Source of the DNA: Candidatus Latescibacterota bacterium | Lineage (GTDB): Bacteria; Latescibacterota; UBA2968; UBA8231 | NCBI GenBank assembly: GCA_965221775.1 | Contig: CBDCSU010000005.1 | Coordinates: 352,001-416,000, forward strand | DNA: 64,000 bases | Direction: 5' to 3' | In this document: positions 28,324-37,821 of the stretch, piece by piece | Layout: each line of letters starts with the position of its first letter | Numbering within the stretch: position 1 is the first letter of the stretch | Notes under the pieces: generated by a model | The model's input: only the letters and a program-made list of their open reading frames with translations | Databases searched by the model: none | What the model was told of the DNA's origin: nothing | Translations under genes and position numbers: made by a program

Positions 28324-28399
28324 GCGGCCCTCCCGGTCCGTCCGGATCATCTCCCCCTCGGGAGCGTCCCAGGACTCGCAGGGTTGGATGCACAGAGGC

Positions 28400-29078
28400 G
28401 GTGGCTAGGATAGCCCTCGTTCTCCGGCCCCTCGTTGTCGCGCGTCCCGTCCGAAGGCCTGCCACTCGTCCGTCCTCCTCCGCATCTCGAGGAAGGGCTC
28501 GTGGTCCCACCCCAGGGCATCGATCCTGGTGTGGCATACGCCGTTGCAGGCCTGGTTGAAACATGTCCCGCCGGCGAGAGCGGGGCGTCTGCCGGATGCG
28601 CACCTCGGGAATGGAGATCTCCTGACGCTGCGGCACGACCTCCCCCAGCGTATCCGGCCACAGCCAGCGGACCCCGAGAACCTCCCGCGCGAAGAGGTTT
28701 CCCCGCGAAGAGCGTCCCCCCTGAGGGGGAGCCCATCCGGACGGGCATCGTCGCTTACGAACGCCACCGCGCCGGGGAAGGTCCGAAGGCGCACCTCCTC
28801 GAGCCCCAGCTCTTCCGGACTGATGCCGAGGTCGCGGGTGCGCTCCGTGTCACCCACGGGGATGAGGGCGGACTCCGACTTCGGGGCGACATCGCTCCCG
28901 CAGGAGGGGCAGGCGGGCGCCGCTCATCTTCTCGATCCACGTCCTCAGGGACTCGGCGGCATCCCGGGCTGATGCCGTTGGCTCGTCGGCCACCACCAGG
29001 ATCGATGCCGGCGGCGGAACCCGGTCCTGTCGTCAGCGGCATCACGGAGAGTGCCAGGATGGAGACTCGATTCAACAT
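28400..29078 (-). pseudogene. Frameshifted, truncated remnant of a DUF4838-family gene
   Basis: Pieces in different minus-strand frames line up with the DUF4838 N-terminus: MLNRVSILALSVMPLTTG / ILVVADEPTASARDAAESLRTWIEKMSGARLPLLRE / VGDTERTRDLGISPEELGLEEVRLRTF / GTLFA / REVLGVRWLWPDTLGEVVP. The 3' boundary is approximate. Confidence 0.85.
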
Positions 29079-29131
29079 GGACGACCTCGCTGATCTCTGC
29101 GGCGCGGCCGGAAGAGGTGGTCCTCCCGTGC

Positions 29132-29623
29132 TCAGAGGAGACCCGGCCAGAGATGCCGGACCAACTGCCCCAGCCCGTAGCTCGCGCCGTTGGCGAGGAA
29201 GGAAGCGACTATGGCCCTCGCCAGCGGGATCCGCCCTGCCGCGAGCCAGAAGGTGACGCTCTCGATGCAGGCGATGAGCAACTCGGCGATGGCGACACCG
29301 GACCAGAAGATGTGAGGCTGGTCCATGACGAAGAAGATCGCCTGTCGTCCGTACTCCTCCCTGAGGCTCTCCGGCGCCAGCAGGAGGCTGAGGGAGGCCA
29401 CGTAGAACCTGGGCCAGAGGAACCAGAGCAACGGGTGGGTCATGCACGTGCCCCACGCCCCGGCCGCGGCCGCCCGGCGGACGGTTACCCGGGGATGGGC
29501 CCGGTAGCTCCGGGCCATCCAGACGAAGACCGGCACCTCGATGGTCAGCGTGAAGGCGAACGACCTGAGCCAGCTCAGCTGCCGGGGCGACAGGTCGAAT
29601 GGCAGGAGATCGAGAGGCCCCAT
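29132..29623 (-). CDS. Small integral membrane protein of unknown function
   Basis: About four hydrophobic segments; motifs FTLTIEVPV, THPLLW, AELLIACIES, SFLANGASY.LG. Confidence 0.75.
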   Translation of the reverse strand: MGPLDLLPFDLSPRQLSWLRSFAFTLTIEVPVFVWMARSYRAHPRVTVRRAAAAGAWGTCMTHPLLWFLWPRFYVASLSLLLAPESLREEYGRQAIFFVMDQPHIFWSGVAIAELLIACIESVTFWLAAGRIPLARAIVASFLANGASYGLGQLVRHLWPGLL

Positions 29624-29701
29624 GAGAACGCAACTCCACCGGTCGGTCCGGGAGTCGCGGCCAGGCACCGGTGGTCAACGGGCCGCGGATCCCCCGAGCG
29701 G

Positions 29702-30928
29702 TCAACCGCTCACGTAGATCCGTACCTCGAAGCCCTCCATCATGGTGATGATCCCGTCCTCGATCGTCGTCAGGTCGGACGAGACCGGCGTCAACGGGCG
29801 CAGGTCCCCGGCATCCAGCCAGTCCAGCCCCTGGATGATGAGGTCCGCGGGGGTACCGTCCTCGTTGATGAGCACGAGCATCGTCCGCTCGCCATGGCGC
29901 CGGGCCACGGCGGTCCCGCCGAGCAGCCACGGATAGCGGTTGGGTTCGTTGACGGCCCGCACGCTGTGAATGGTGGCCGATGTCAGGAACGGGTGGAGCT
30001 GCGAAAGCTCGGAGACGACAGGCAGGAGGTTTGCCATGAGGGCCTCCCGGTCCCCCTCATACGCTGAGCCCCACCAGAAGATGCCGGTGGCGCCGTAGGC
30101 GATGGACTGCCAGGCCATGAAGCGCATCTGCTCCAGGGTCGGCAGGAGGTGCGGACCCTCGCGGTCGGGCAGCGAGCTCCACGAGAAGGCCTGCTGCACG
30201 ATCCACAAGTCGCACCGCGGCGCCGTCTTGTGGAAGCGGTCGGTGTACAGCCCCATGTACTGCATGGGACGGCGGTCGCTGGCGGGGATCGGGTAGTAGT
30301 CGAATCCGACGATGTCCAGGGACGGCGCGCAGCGGGCCAGGGAAGCCTGGCTGCTCTGACAGGCCTCGTTGATCCACAGGCGGCGGCCGGGGTCGTGCTC
30401 GCGGATCAGGGCGGCGCCCCGGGTCAGCCCGCGGACCAGCGCGTCCATCCGCGCGATCCTCTCTGCAGCGACCTCCTTGTGGGGACCCCAGAAACGCGGC
30501 GGCTGGGCGCGCTCCAGGCGCCAGGCCCACCAGATCGCCTCGTCCGGGGCTTCCCATACCTCCAGCGCCGGGTGGTCCTTGAGGCTGTTGACGAACTCGA
30601 CGAGCTGGGAGCCGTCGTCATCGTCGGCCAGGATCATGGGGGCGTGGACCGTGGCGGACATCCCCCACTTCCAGTTCTCGTCGAGGTGCTCGCGGTTCCC
30701 CGCCTTGACGAGGTTGATGCCCGCCTCCTTCCAGCGGCGCCACTCGTCGTCGTTCCGGGGACGCTCGTACATCCCCAGGGCGAAGAGGGGCTGCCCGTCC
30801 CGGGAGACGACCGAACGCCCGGGCCCGCGGGCGTTGTGGTCATCCCCGTAGGCGACGCCCAGCGGTAGAAGGATCGCCGCGGCCCACACCGCGGCGACCG
30901 CTCGGGGACAACTATTCTGCGTCAGCAT
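29702..30928 (-). CDS. Secreted glycoside-hydrolase-like (GH-A clan-like TIM barrel) protein
   Basis: GGAGGTG RBS and signal peptide; motifs AGINLV, KDHPAL..W..PDE, DP.R..W.N, DIVGFDYYP, W.VQQAF, G.TGIFWW. Confidence 0.75.
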   Translation of the reverse strand: MLTQNSCPRAVAAVWAAAILLPLGVAYGDDHNARGPGRSVVSRDGQPLFALGMYERPRNDDEWRRWKEAGINLVKAGNREHLDENWKWGMSATVHAPMILADDDDGSQLVEFVNSLKDHPALEVWEAPDEAIWWAWRLERAQPPRFWGPHKEVAAERIARMDALVRGLTRGAALIREHDPGRRLWINEACQSSQASLARCAPSLDIVGFDYYPIPASDRRPMQYMGLYTDRFHKTAPRCDLWIVQQAFSWSSLPDREGPHLLPTLEQMRFMAWQSIAYGATGIFWWGSAYEGDREALMANLLPVVSELSQLHPFLTSATIHSVRAVNEPNRYPWLLGGTAVARRHGERTMLVLINEDGTPADLIIQGLDWLDAGDLRPLTPVSSDLTTIEDGIITMMEGFEVRIYVSG

Positions 30929-30956
30929 TTCTCACCTCCATGAGTGAAGCCATGAC

Positions 30957-33900
30957 CTATTGCTGCAGGCGGACCAGGATCCCCTCCACGGCCCGGCAGA
31001 TCTCCCGTACGCGGCCCCAGTCCGGGGACTCGCGGTAGAGCAGGAAGGTGGAGGAGGAGCGCAACTCCTCGAGGAGTGCCTCGGCTTCGGGATCTCCGGT
31101 CGCGGCCGCCCGCTCCGCGAGCATGGTGAAGGCGGTGAAGTCCTCGGTGCCGTCGCGCACGGCCTGCCAGCGCCGGTTGCTGGTGAAGTGGACCCCGTCG
31201 TCGCCGATGGTGACGTATTCGGGCTCCTCCTCGGGGCGGGTCCTCCACAGGGTCGACCCCATGCGCAGGCTCCAGAAGCCCCAGCCCTCCACCCCCAGGC
31301 GGAAGGTCTCCCAACCCGACCCCCGGTAGAACCCCAGCGGGTCGAGTACGATGGCGTTGCCCTCGGCGACGAACCACCAGACCGGGCTCCCCTCCCGCTT
31401 CCGCATGGCGGGCATGGCCTCGTCGAAGAGGCGCCTGAGGACCTTCATCGCCGGCTGCCAGACGTGGGTCACCTCGGCCATCCTCTCGACCTGCTCGGCC
31501 GTGGTGGTGCCGGCGTAGTTGCTGTAGACCCGCCATCGCGGATCGCTGTCGACGAACCGGCGCGCCTTGTCGATGTAGGTCTGCACCGACCCCTCGCCGG
31601 TGAGCCCCGGCTCGTCCTGGGGGTAAACGGACCACCGGTCGGCGCCGATCCCGAGGGAATCCAGCCGCGGGAAGACGGCGTCGGCATAGGTCCCGTAAGC
31701 CGCGAGCCACTGATCCTCGGTCGGCTTCATCCCCTTGGGCCAGGAGATGTGGTAGTTCTGGAAGAGCAGGTGCTTCAGGGGACCGACCGTCTCCCACATG
31801 CGGTCGAAGGTCGACCAGTCCACCGGCTTGACCAGCCGGGTCCCGGTGCTGTCGACATGGATATAGGGCAGGTTCAGCACCGCCGCGTTGACCCCCGAGC
31901 GCTTCAGGTGGACCGCCAGCCGCCGCATCCGTTCGGGGCCCTGGTGCAGGGGGTAGGTCCATGGATGGAAGACGTAGGGCCGCTCCCAGGCGTGCTCCGG
32001 CAGGGCCACCTCGGAGACGCGCAGGCGCACCGTCAGCGTATCCCGGTAGGGCGCCGGCTCCAGGGTCGTGAGAGGCCACTTGAGGGTGTATTCCCCGGAG
32101 GCCAGCCCGTAGGTGCTCACCTCCAGCCACAGGTCCGCCACCTCCCCGGGAGCCACCGACAGGAGCTTCTCCGGGCCCAGCTCCGGCAACAGCTCCGGCA
32201 CCCGCTCGTCGGTCTCCGTTCCCAGCACCCGGTAGGCGTGCTTCGACGCCAGGGAGACCACCTGCGAGAACCGGACGACCTCGTCCGCCTCCAGCGCCAG
32301 CTCGACGCTGGTGTCGGCCGCGGCGATCGAGCCCGGCTCCAGCCGCACCACCAGGCCCGCCGGCGACGTGTTCAGCACGTGGACGGCCCGGCTCTCGACC
32401 TCGTTGCCGTATCCCCACACCTCGACCACGGGAGAGCCGAGGTCGGCCGGCAGCTCGTCGAGCGGGTTGACCAGGTCCCAGGGGTTGGGATCCTCCCAGA
32501 CGGCCAGGTCCGTGTTGGACCGCTCCGCCGCCTGGCGTCCCCCCAGGGCGGTCAGCCCCGCCGTCCGCCGCGTCGCCTTCAGCAGCAGCCGGACCTGGTC
32601 GGCCAGGGCCTCGTGCTCCCGCCAGGTGAAGGACTCCACTCCTTTCGCCCGGGTCTTCAGGACGGCCAGGTCCCCCTGGAGCCCGGCGGCCAGGTGCAGG
32701 ACGAAGCGCGCCGCCCGGGGATGTCCGCCGGCCAGCGCCGCGGCCACCTTCCGGGCCTGCCCCGCCGCCGACTCGACCTGCCGGATTACCGGCCCGAGCA
32801 GATCCTCCTTCACCTCCACCGCCCGGGCCTGGCGGCGCTTCACGACGCCCGCCTCGTCCAGCAGCCGCACCTCCACCTGGTAGCGTCCGAGCTGGCGTAC
32901 GGGATAGCGCAGCGCCGGCGAATCTCCGGCCCGGAGCGTGTGCACGCGGCTCCAGCGCACCCCGGAAGGGCTGATCACCGAGACCTCCGCATGATCGCCC
33001 GGCCCGGTTTCGGCCGCATCGAGATCGAGAAGGTTGTACCCGTAGTGCGGCGGCGGGAAGGACCTCACCAGCACCCCTTCCTCCCCGGCGGGGCGGGCCT
33101 CGGCCGGCGCCGGGCGCGCCGGCGGCAGGTCGTCCCCGCCCCACATGTGGCCGGCGGCGATGGCGCCGCCCTCGAAGGGGAACTCCCACGCCGTCAGGTG
33201 CCTCTCGCCCGAGACAACCTCCAGGCGGCCGTCGCCGTCCAGATCCGCCACCATCGGCGCGTGGATGCCCCCGTCCTCCTGGGCCACGGCGGCCAGGATC
33301 TCCCCCGCGGGATCGACCACGTACAGCCCGGTGCGCCGCTCGTCCGGCGAGTGGCCCCGCACGCCGACCACGACCTCCTGCACCCCGTCGCCGTCGAGGT
33401 CGGCCACGGCGGGCGGGAAGAAGATCCCCCGGCCGCCGAGCTGGGTGCCCCAGAGGGTTTCCCCGGAGAGGCTCATGCGCGCCACCAGGGTCGACTTGCC
33501 GGTGACGATCAGGTCGTTGAGGCCGTCGCCCTCCAGGTCTCCCGCGATCAACCCCAGGTATCCGTAGTAGCTCGGCTGCGGCTCGACCCAGGCCACGGCG
33601 CCCGTCGGCCCATCCAGCCGCACCACCAGGTTGCGCACGCAGTCGAGGAAGTAGACCTCGGTGCGGCCGTCGCCGTCGCCGTCCATGACCAGCGGCCGGT
33701 TGCGGCTGAAGACGGCCTCGTGGGCGGACAGGTCGGCCTGCCAGAGCAGCCGGCCCGAGCCCGTCAGGGCCAGGACCCGGGAGTCGCTGCCGTAGACAAC
33801 CTCTTCCCTGCCGTCGCCGTCCAGGTCCGCCGCCACCGGCGCCGAGGCCAGCTCCCATCCTGCGCTGAACTGCCAGAGCACCCGTCCCTGCCGGTCCAGA

Positions 33901-34406
33901 CAACCCACCCAGCCGGCCTTGGAGGTCACCACGATCTCGGGGCGGCCGTCCCCGTCCACGTCGCCCGCGGTGGGGAACATGCGGAAGTCGATCGGCCCGA
34001 ACCCCGGCCAGCGCCAGAGCACCTGACCGCCGCCGTCGAGAGCGAAGACCTCCCCGTAGCTGGCCTGGACCACGATCTCGGGAGCCCCCTCGCCGTCCAG
34101 GTCGACCACCACCGGCGTCCTGACGCGCTCCCTGGCCCACTCCACCTGCCCGGCCACCTTGGCCAGGCCGATCAGCTGCGTCCGCCACACCTCCCGCCCC
34201 TTCGTGTCCAGCCGCACCAGGTCGGTGCCCTCACCGACGAGAATCCCCTCGATGCGCGGCACCGACGGGTAGGGGATCGGCGTGCTCAGGCCCGACGACT
34301 CGTAACGCCACTGCTGCTCGGGCGCCGGCCACGGGTCCCCCGCCCGGGCCGGGGCGGCGGCCAGCCCGCAGATCAAGGCCAGAGCCAGGACCGCTGCGCG
34401 TGACAT
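30957..34406 (-). CDS. Secreted FG-GAP/PQQ-like beta-propeller protein fused to a C-terminal GH123/DUF4091-like domain
   Basis: Signal MSRAAVLALALICGLAAAPARA; repeated (A/G)DLDGDG..E(I/V)V motifs; C-terminal YPQDEP, G.GFW, SNRRWQAVRDGTEDF (S.R....RDG.ED pattern). Confidence 0.8.
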   Translation of the reverse strand: MSRAAVLALALICGLAAAPARAGDPWPAPEQQWRYESSGLSTPIPYPSVPRIEGILVGEGTDLVRLDTKGREVWRTQLIGLAKVAGQVEWARERVRTPVVVDLDGEGAPEIVVQASYGEVFALDGGGQVLWRWPGFGPIDFRMFPTAGDVDGDGRPEIVVTSKAGWVGCLDRQGRVLWQFSAGWELASAPVAADLDGDGREEVVYGSDSRVLALTGSGRLLWQADLSAHEAVFSRNRPLVMDGDGDGRTEVYFLDCVRNLVVRLDGPTGAVAWVEPQPSYYGYLGLIAGDLEGDGLNDLIVTGKSTLVARMSLSGETLWGTQLGGRGIFFPPAVADLDGDGVQEVVVGVRGHSPDERRTGLYVVDPAGEILAAVAQEDGGIHAPMVADLDGDGRLEVVSGERHLTAWEFPFEGGAIAAGHMWGGDDLPPARPAPAEARPAGEEGVLVRSFPPPHYGYNLLDLDAAETGPGDHAEVSVISPSGVRWSRVHTLRAGDSPALRYPVRQLGRYQVEVRLLDEAGVVKRRQARAVEVKEDLLGPVIRQVESAAGQARKVAAALAGGHPRAARFVLHLAAGLQGDLAVLKTRAKGVESFTWREHEALADQVRLLLKATRRTAGLTALGGRQAAERSNTDLAVWEDPNPWDLVNPLDELPADLGSPVVEVWGYGNEVESRAVHVLNTSPAGLVVRLEPGSIAAADTSVELALEADEVVRFSQVVSLASKHAYRVLGTETDERVPELLPELGPEKLLSVAPGEVADLWLEVSTYGLASGEYTLKWPLTTLEPAPYRDTLTVRLRVSEVALPEHAWERPYVFHPWTYPLHQGPERMRRLAVHLKRSGVNAAVLNLPYIHVDSTGTRLVKPVDWSTFDRMWETVGPLKHLLFQNYHISWPKGMKPTEDQWLAAYGTYADAVFPRLDSLGIGADRWSVYPQDEPGLTGEGSVQTYIDKARRFVDSDPRWRVYSNYAGTTTAEQVERMAEVTHVWQPAMKVLRRLFDEAMPAMRKREGSPVWWFVAEGNAIVLDPLGFYRGSGWETFRLGVEGWGFWSLRMGSTLWRTRPEEEPEYVTIGDDGVHFTSNRRWQAVRDGTEDFTAFTMLAERAAATGDPEAEALLEELRSSSTFLLYRESPDWGRVREICRAVEGILVRLQQ

Positions 34407-34472
34407 CGCTTCTTCTCTTTCTCCCGTCATCGGGCGCCGCGAGAGGGCGCTGCCGCGCCGGGAACCGGTCTC

Positions 34473-36494
34473 CTAGTCCAGGGCGGCGGCGAGATCATCG
34501 ACGTTCAGCTTCGGCCGCTCCCAGAAGCTGGTGACCCACAGGAGGTCCGAGAAGAACTGGCCCTGGTGCTGCTTGCGGAAGGCGACCAGGTCGCGCAGGG
34601 CCGACTCCGCCTCGGCCCGGTTCGCCTCGGGGACCGTGTCCGGGACCTCCTCCTGGATCTCGAAGAGGGATGTGAGCCTCACGGCCAGCCTGGCGTGCTC
34701 CAGGCCGGTCCGGACGAACTCGACGCGCCCGGCGAACTCGGGCGGCACACCCGGGGCCCCGGCTTCGGCCGCCGCCTGCTCCAGCAGCCGCTCGGCGGGC
34801 CCGAAGGCCTCCGGCGGGAAGGCGAGGTGCGCCTTGCGTGCATACGAGCGGTAACGCCAGCCGAATTCCCAGAACAACTCGACGAACCGCAACTGGTTGT
34901 CGAAGGAGTAGTCCTCCCAGTACTGGAAGTAGCGGTCCATGGTGCCGGCTGCGGGGCCGAAGGCCGAGCAGTACTCGGCGCGGATGGCGTCCACCTCCAG
35001 GGTGGGATCGCTCAGGAGGCGCATGTGCATGTAGAGCCGCAGGCCGTGGACCCCCCACTGCCCGGTGAGGGAGTCGAAGCTGCCCCCCTCCATGCCGTTC
35101 TCGTAGGCGAACTTGAAGAACTCCCCGGACTGGCGCGTGTCGAAGTGGGGCAGCACGTAGCCGTCGTGCAGGTAGTTGGGCCGGTAGCCCATGCGGACCC
35201 CCGTCTTGCGCCAGCCCAGCCACTGGGCCTTCACCCACTCGTAGGCCTCGGGGTGCATGGGGAAGTAGCGGAGGTGCGGGTCCTGCCACTGGACGAACTC
35301 GCCGTAGAGGCTCTTGCCGAGGTGGATGTCGAAGAGAGGCGCCGGGAACTCGTTCTCGTAGATGAAGGAGACCGAGACCATGGCGTGGGGATTCCGCTTG
35401 CGGGCCTTCTCGTGGATCGTCTTCCAGAACCGGGCGTAGCGGTCCGAGGTCACCCCCGAGAACTCCTCCTGGGCCCGGCGGTCCGTGGCGTAGACCCGCT
35501 CGGCGAACCACGGCGGCTCCTCCGGCTGGGGCGCGTCCCAGGCCTGGCAGACGTCACAGGTGCAGCGGCCCGGACGGTCCACGGGACCGAGGAGGAGCCA
35601 GCTCTCGCCGTCCCACTGGCTGACCACGAAGTCCTGCAGCTCCTCGTTGGAGACGCACATGGCCACGTGGGCGTAACTGGTGTCCGGATCGCCGCGCACG
35701 CCGTCCCGCCGCAGCTGGAACCAGTCCGGGTGCTCGCGTCCGTAGCGCTGCCACCAGCCGCTGAAGGCGTGGCCCGACGGCGGCTTGGCGTCCATGCCGC
35801 CGAGCCGGTGCCGGCGCAAGAGCACCTGCACGGCCTTGCCGTACTCCACGGCGACATCGCGGCTGAAGCCGAGCTTCTCGTCCCCGGGATCCAGGGGCGC
35901 CCCCCCGAGGGCGACGGAGCGGATCGCGCCCCAGGAGAAGTGCCGGAATCTCAGGGCCGGCGCCGCCGTCTCGTCAATGGCGGAAAGGCGAACGATGTCG
36001 GTCCCGGGGACATAGGTGCCGAGCTCGCCGGGCCAGAGCCAGCGCACGCCGAGCACCTCCTCGAGGATCTCGTACACGCCGAAGAGGGGTCCCACGTCGG
36101 GATTGTGCTCGGAGAAGGGGTCGCCGCCGGACTCCCGGCCGCCGATGAACAGGTCGTTCCCCACGGAGCGGAGGACGTAGGTCTCCCGCGGCAGGCTCTC
36201 CGGATCGAGGCCGAAGGTGCGGCCCGTCTCGGTGTCCCCCACGTACACACGGCTGTGCACGTCTTCCGGGGCTTCGGACTCGGGAACGGTCCGCAGCGAC
36301 ACGCCCGTCGCCAGGGCGATATGCCGGACCAGTTCCGCCGCCGCGTAGGTCGCCGTCGGCGTCGGCTCGTCCGCGGTGACCACTACCGCCCGGGCCCTGC
36401 CGTCCTCGACGATGAGGACCTGCGCCTCTCCGGGGAGGGGCGGCAGGATCGCCGCGGCAACGGCGATCATCGCCGGGATTCGGGGACCGCGCAT
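34473..36494 (-). CDS. DUF4838 domain protein (putative glycoside hydrolase), paralog of 22630..24699
   Basis: Same motifs: LFGVYE.LEE.LGVRWLWPG.LGTYVPGT, HPDWF, MCVSNEELQDF, YGEFVQW.DPHLRYFPM. Start at ATG 36494 or 36470. Confidence 0.85.
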   Translation of the reverse strand: MRGPRIPAMIAVAAAILPPLPGEAQVLIVEDGRARAVVVTADEPTPTATYAAAELVRHIALATGVSLRTVPESEAPEDVHSRVYVGDTETGRTFGLDPESLPRETYVLRSVGNDLFIGGRESGGDPFSEHNPDVGPLFGVYEILEEVLGVRWLWPGELGTYVPGTDIVRLSAIDETAAPALRFRHFSWGAIRSVALGGAPLDPGDEKLGFSRDVAVEYGKAVQVLLRRHRLGGMDAKPPSGHAFSGWWQRYGREHPDWFQLRRDGVRGDPDTSYAHVAMCVSNEELQDFVVSQWDGESWLLLGPVDRPGRCTCDVCQAWDAPQPEEPPWFAERVYATDRRAQEEFSGVTSDRYARFWKTIHEKARKRNPHAMVSVSFIYENEFPAPLFDIHLGKSLYGEFVQWQDPHLRYFPMHPEAYEWVKAQWLGWRKTGVRMGYRPNYLHDGYVLPHFDTRQSGEFFKFAYENGMEGGSFDSLTGQWGVHGLRLYMHMRLLSDPTLEVDAIRAEYCSAFGPAAGTMDRYFQYWEDYSFDNQLRFVELFWEFGWRYRSYARKAHLAFPPEAFGPAERLLEQAAAEAGAPGVPPEFAGRVEFVRTGLEHARLAVRLTSLFEIQEEVPDTVPEANRAEAESALRDLVAFRKQHQGQFFSDLLWVTSFWERPKLNVDDLAAALD

Positions 36495-36971
36495 GGCTCT
36501 GAAGGAGGGGCGAGGCGACCACGTCCTGCAGGCGCCCGGGTGGTCGGAGGGGCCTGAGAAACCCCTGGGGTACTGCCGGCGGGGGTGGCGATCGAACATG
36601 GGGGGCTCCCTGTTCGGGGATGGTGGATCACCCGCCCGTGGGGAGACGTGCGCCGCGCATTCTACGGCAATCCCCCGGCATCCACAACTACCGGAGGGGC
36701 CGGGACTTCCACCCCCCCTGCGCCAGGAGCGCCGGAATCCCGGCAGGATCCCCGCTCGAGGCGATTCCCGTCGGCCCTGCCGACGACAGTGACGAGGAAG
36801 GGCCCGGATGCGGGCGGACCAACGCCCGTGACGGGTACGTGTCTTGAGGTTTCCGAGATTCCTGGGAACGGCCCCGCCGCCCGGGGCACCGCCGAACGAC
36901 GGGCACGGAGCCCCGCGGCATCCCTCGGTCCGCGCGGCTCGCCGCTCTGGGACTCGAGCGGCTTCCCGGCG

Positions 36972-37661
36972 TCAGTCGCGCATGCCCTGGCGCAGGATCA
37001 GCAACCTCACCAGGTGCATGAGGGCGGTGGCCGTGGCCGCCACGTAGGTGAGGGCGGCGGCGTTGAGCACGCGCCGGGCGTCCCTGGCCTCGTCGGCGCG
37101 CAGGTAGCGGCCGTCCACCAGCTGGGCCATGGCGCGGGAACTGGCGTTGAACTCCACCGGCAGGGTGATCAGCTGGAAGGCGACGACGCCGGCGTAGAGC
37201 AGGATGCCGATGTCGACCATGCCCGGTGACTGGAAGAAGAAACCGATGAGGAACAGGGGGAAGGCCGCCCAGGAGCCGATGTTGGCCACCGGCAGGAAGC
37301 TGTGGCGCAGGTTCAGAGCAAAGTAGCCGGTGGCGTGCTGGATGGCGTGGCCCACCTCGTGGGCGGCCACCGCCAGGCCGGCGAGGTGGCGGCCGTGGTA
37401 GATGCCCGAGGAGAGGCGCACGACTTTCTCCCGGGGATCGTAATGGTCGGAGAGGGTGCCGCCCGTCTCCTCGACGGCGACGTCGACGATGCCCTGCTCG
37501 CGCAGCAGGCGCCGGGCCGTCTCGGCGCCGGTGATGCCGGCGGCGGACCCGACCTGGCTGTACTTGGAGTAGGCGCTGCGCACCTTGGACTGGGCGTACA
37601 GGGCCAGGACGATGCAGGGGATCAGCAGGATCATGGTGGAATCGAAGAAGAAGAAGGGCAC
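36972..37661 (-). CDS. Membrane zinc metallopeptidase, YugP / Zn_peptidase_2 family
   Basis: AAAGGAGGT RBS before GTG 37661; motifs LSDHYDP, VAAHEVGHAIQH, TLPVEFNAS.RA, AAALTYVA. Confidence 0.92.
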   Translation of the reverse strand: MPFFFFDSTMILLIPCIVLALYAQSKVRSAYSKYSQVGSAAGITGAETARRLLREQGIVDVAVEETGGTLSDHYDPREKVVRLSSGIYHGRHLAGLAVAAHEVGHAIQHATGYFALNLRHSFLPVANIGSWAAFPLFLIGFFFQSPGMVDIGILLYAGVVAFQLITLPVEFNASSRAMAQLVDGRYLRADEARDARRVLNAAALTYVAATATALMHLVRLLILRQGMRD

Positions 37662-37821
37662 CTCGAAACCTCCTTTGAAGTCGGTTGCCTGCGGGGTTCG
37701 GCCGGACTCGCCGGCACTCCTGCTCTGGAATATATGAACCCGGACGTTGCGCGCCGGTCCCGCGCAACCGCGGACGCTCAGCCGCGGGAACCTCCCCCTT
37801 CCCGAGCCCCCACAGGAGGGG

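Noticed and set aside
6400-34403. Very long opposite-strand or alternate-frame ORFs (e.g. 6400..9480 +, 12218..17098 +, 19673..22126 -, 30960..34403 +, 30922..34188 -)
   Set aside because: These are shadow ORFs expected from high GC3 codon bias. They overlap genes with clear motifs and have low-complexity R/G/P/A or V/L/H-rich composition.
36941-36962. Hairpin GCCGCTC-N8-GAGCGGC after the YugP-like gene as a terminator
   Set aside because: There is no U-tract on the transcribed (minus) strand, and short GC stems are common here.
36500-36970. ncRNA or small gene in the long intergenic gap
   Set aside because: No recognisable RNA family motif was found, and the short ORFs lack an RBS or convincing composition.
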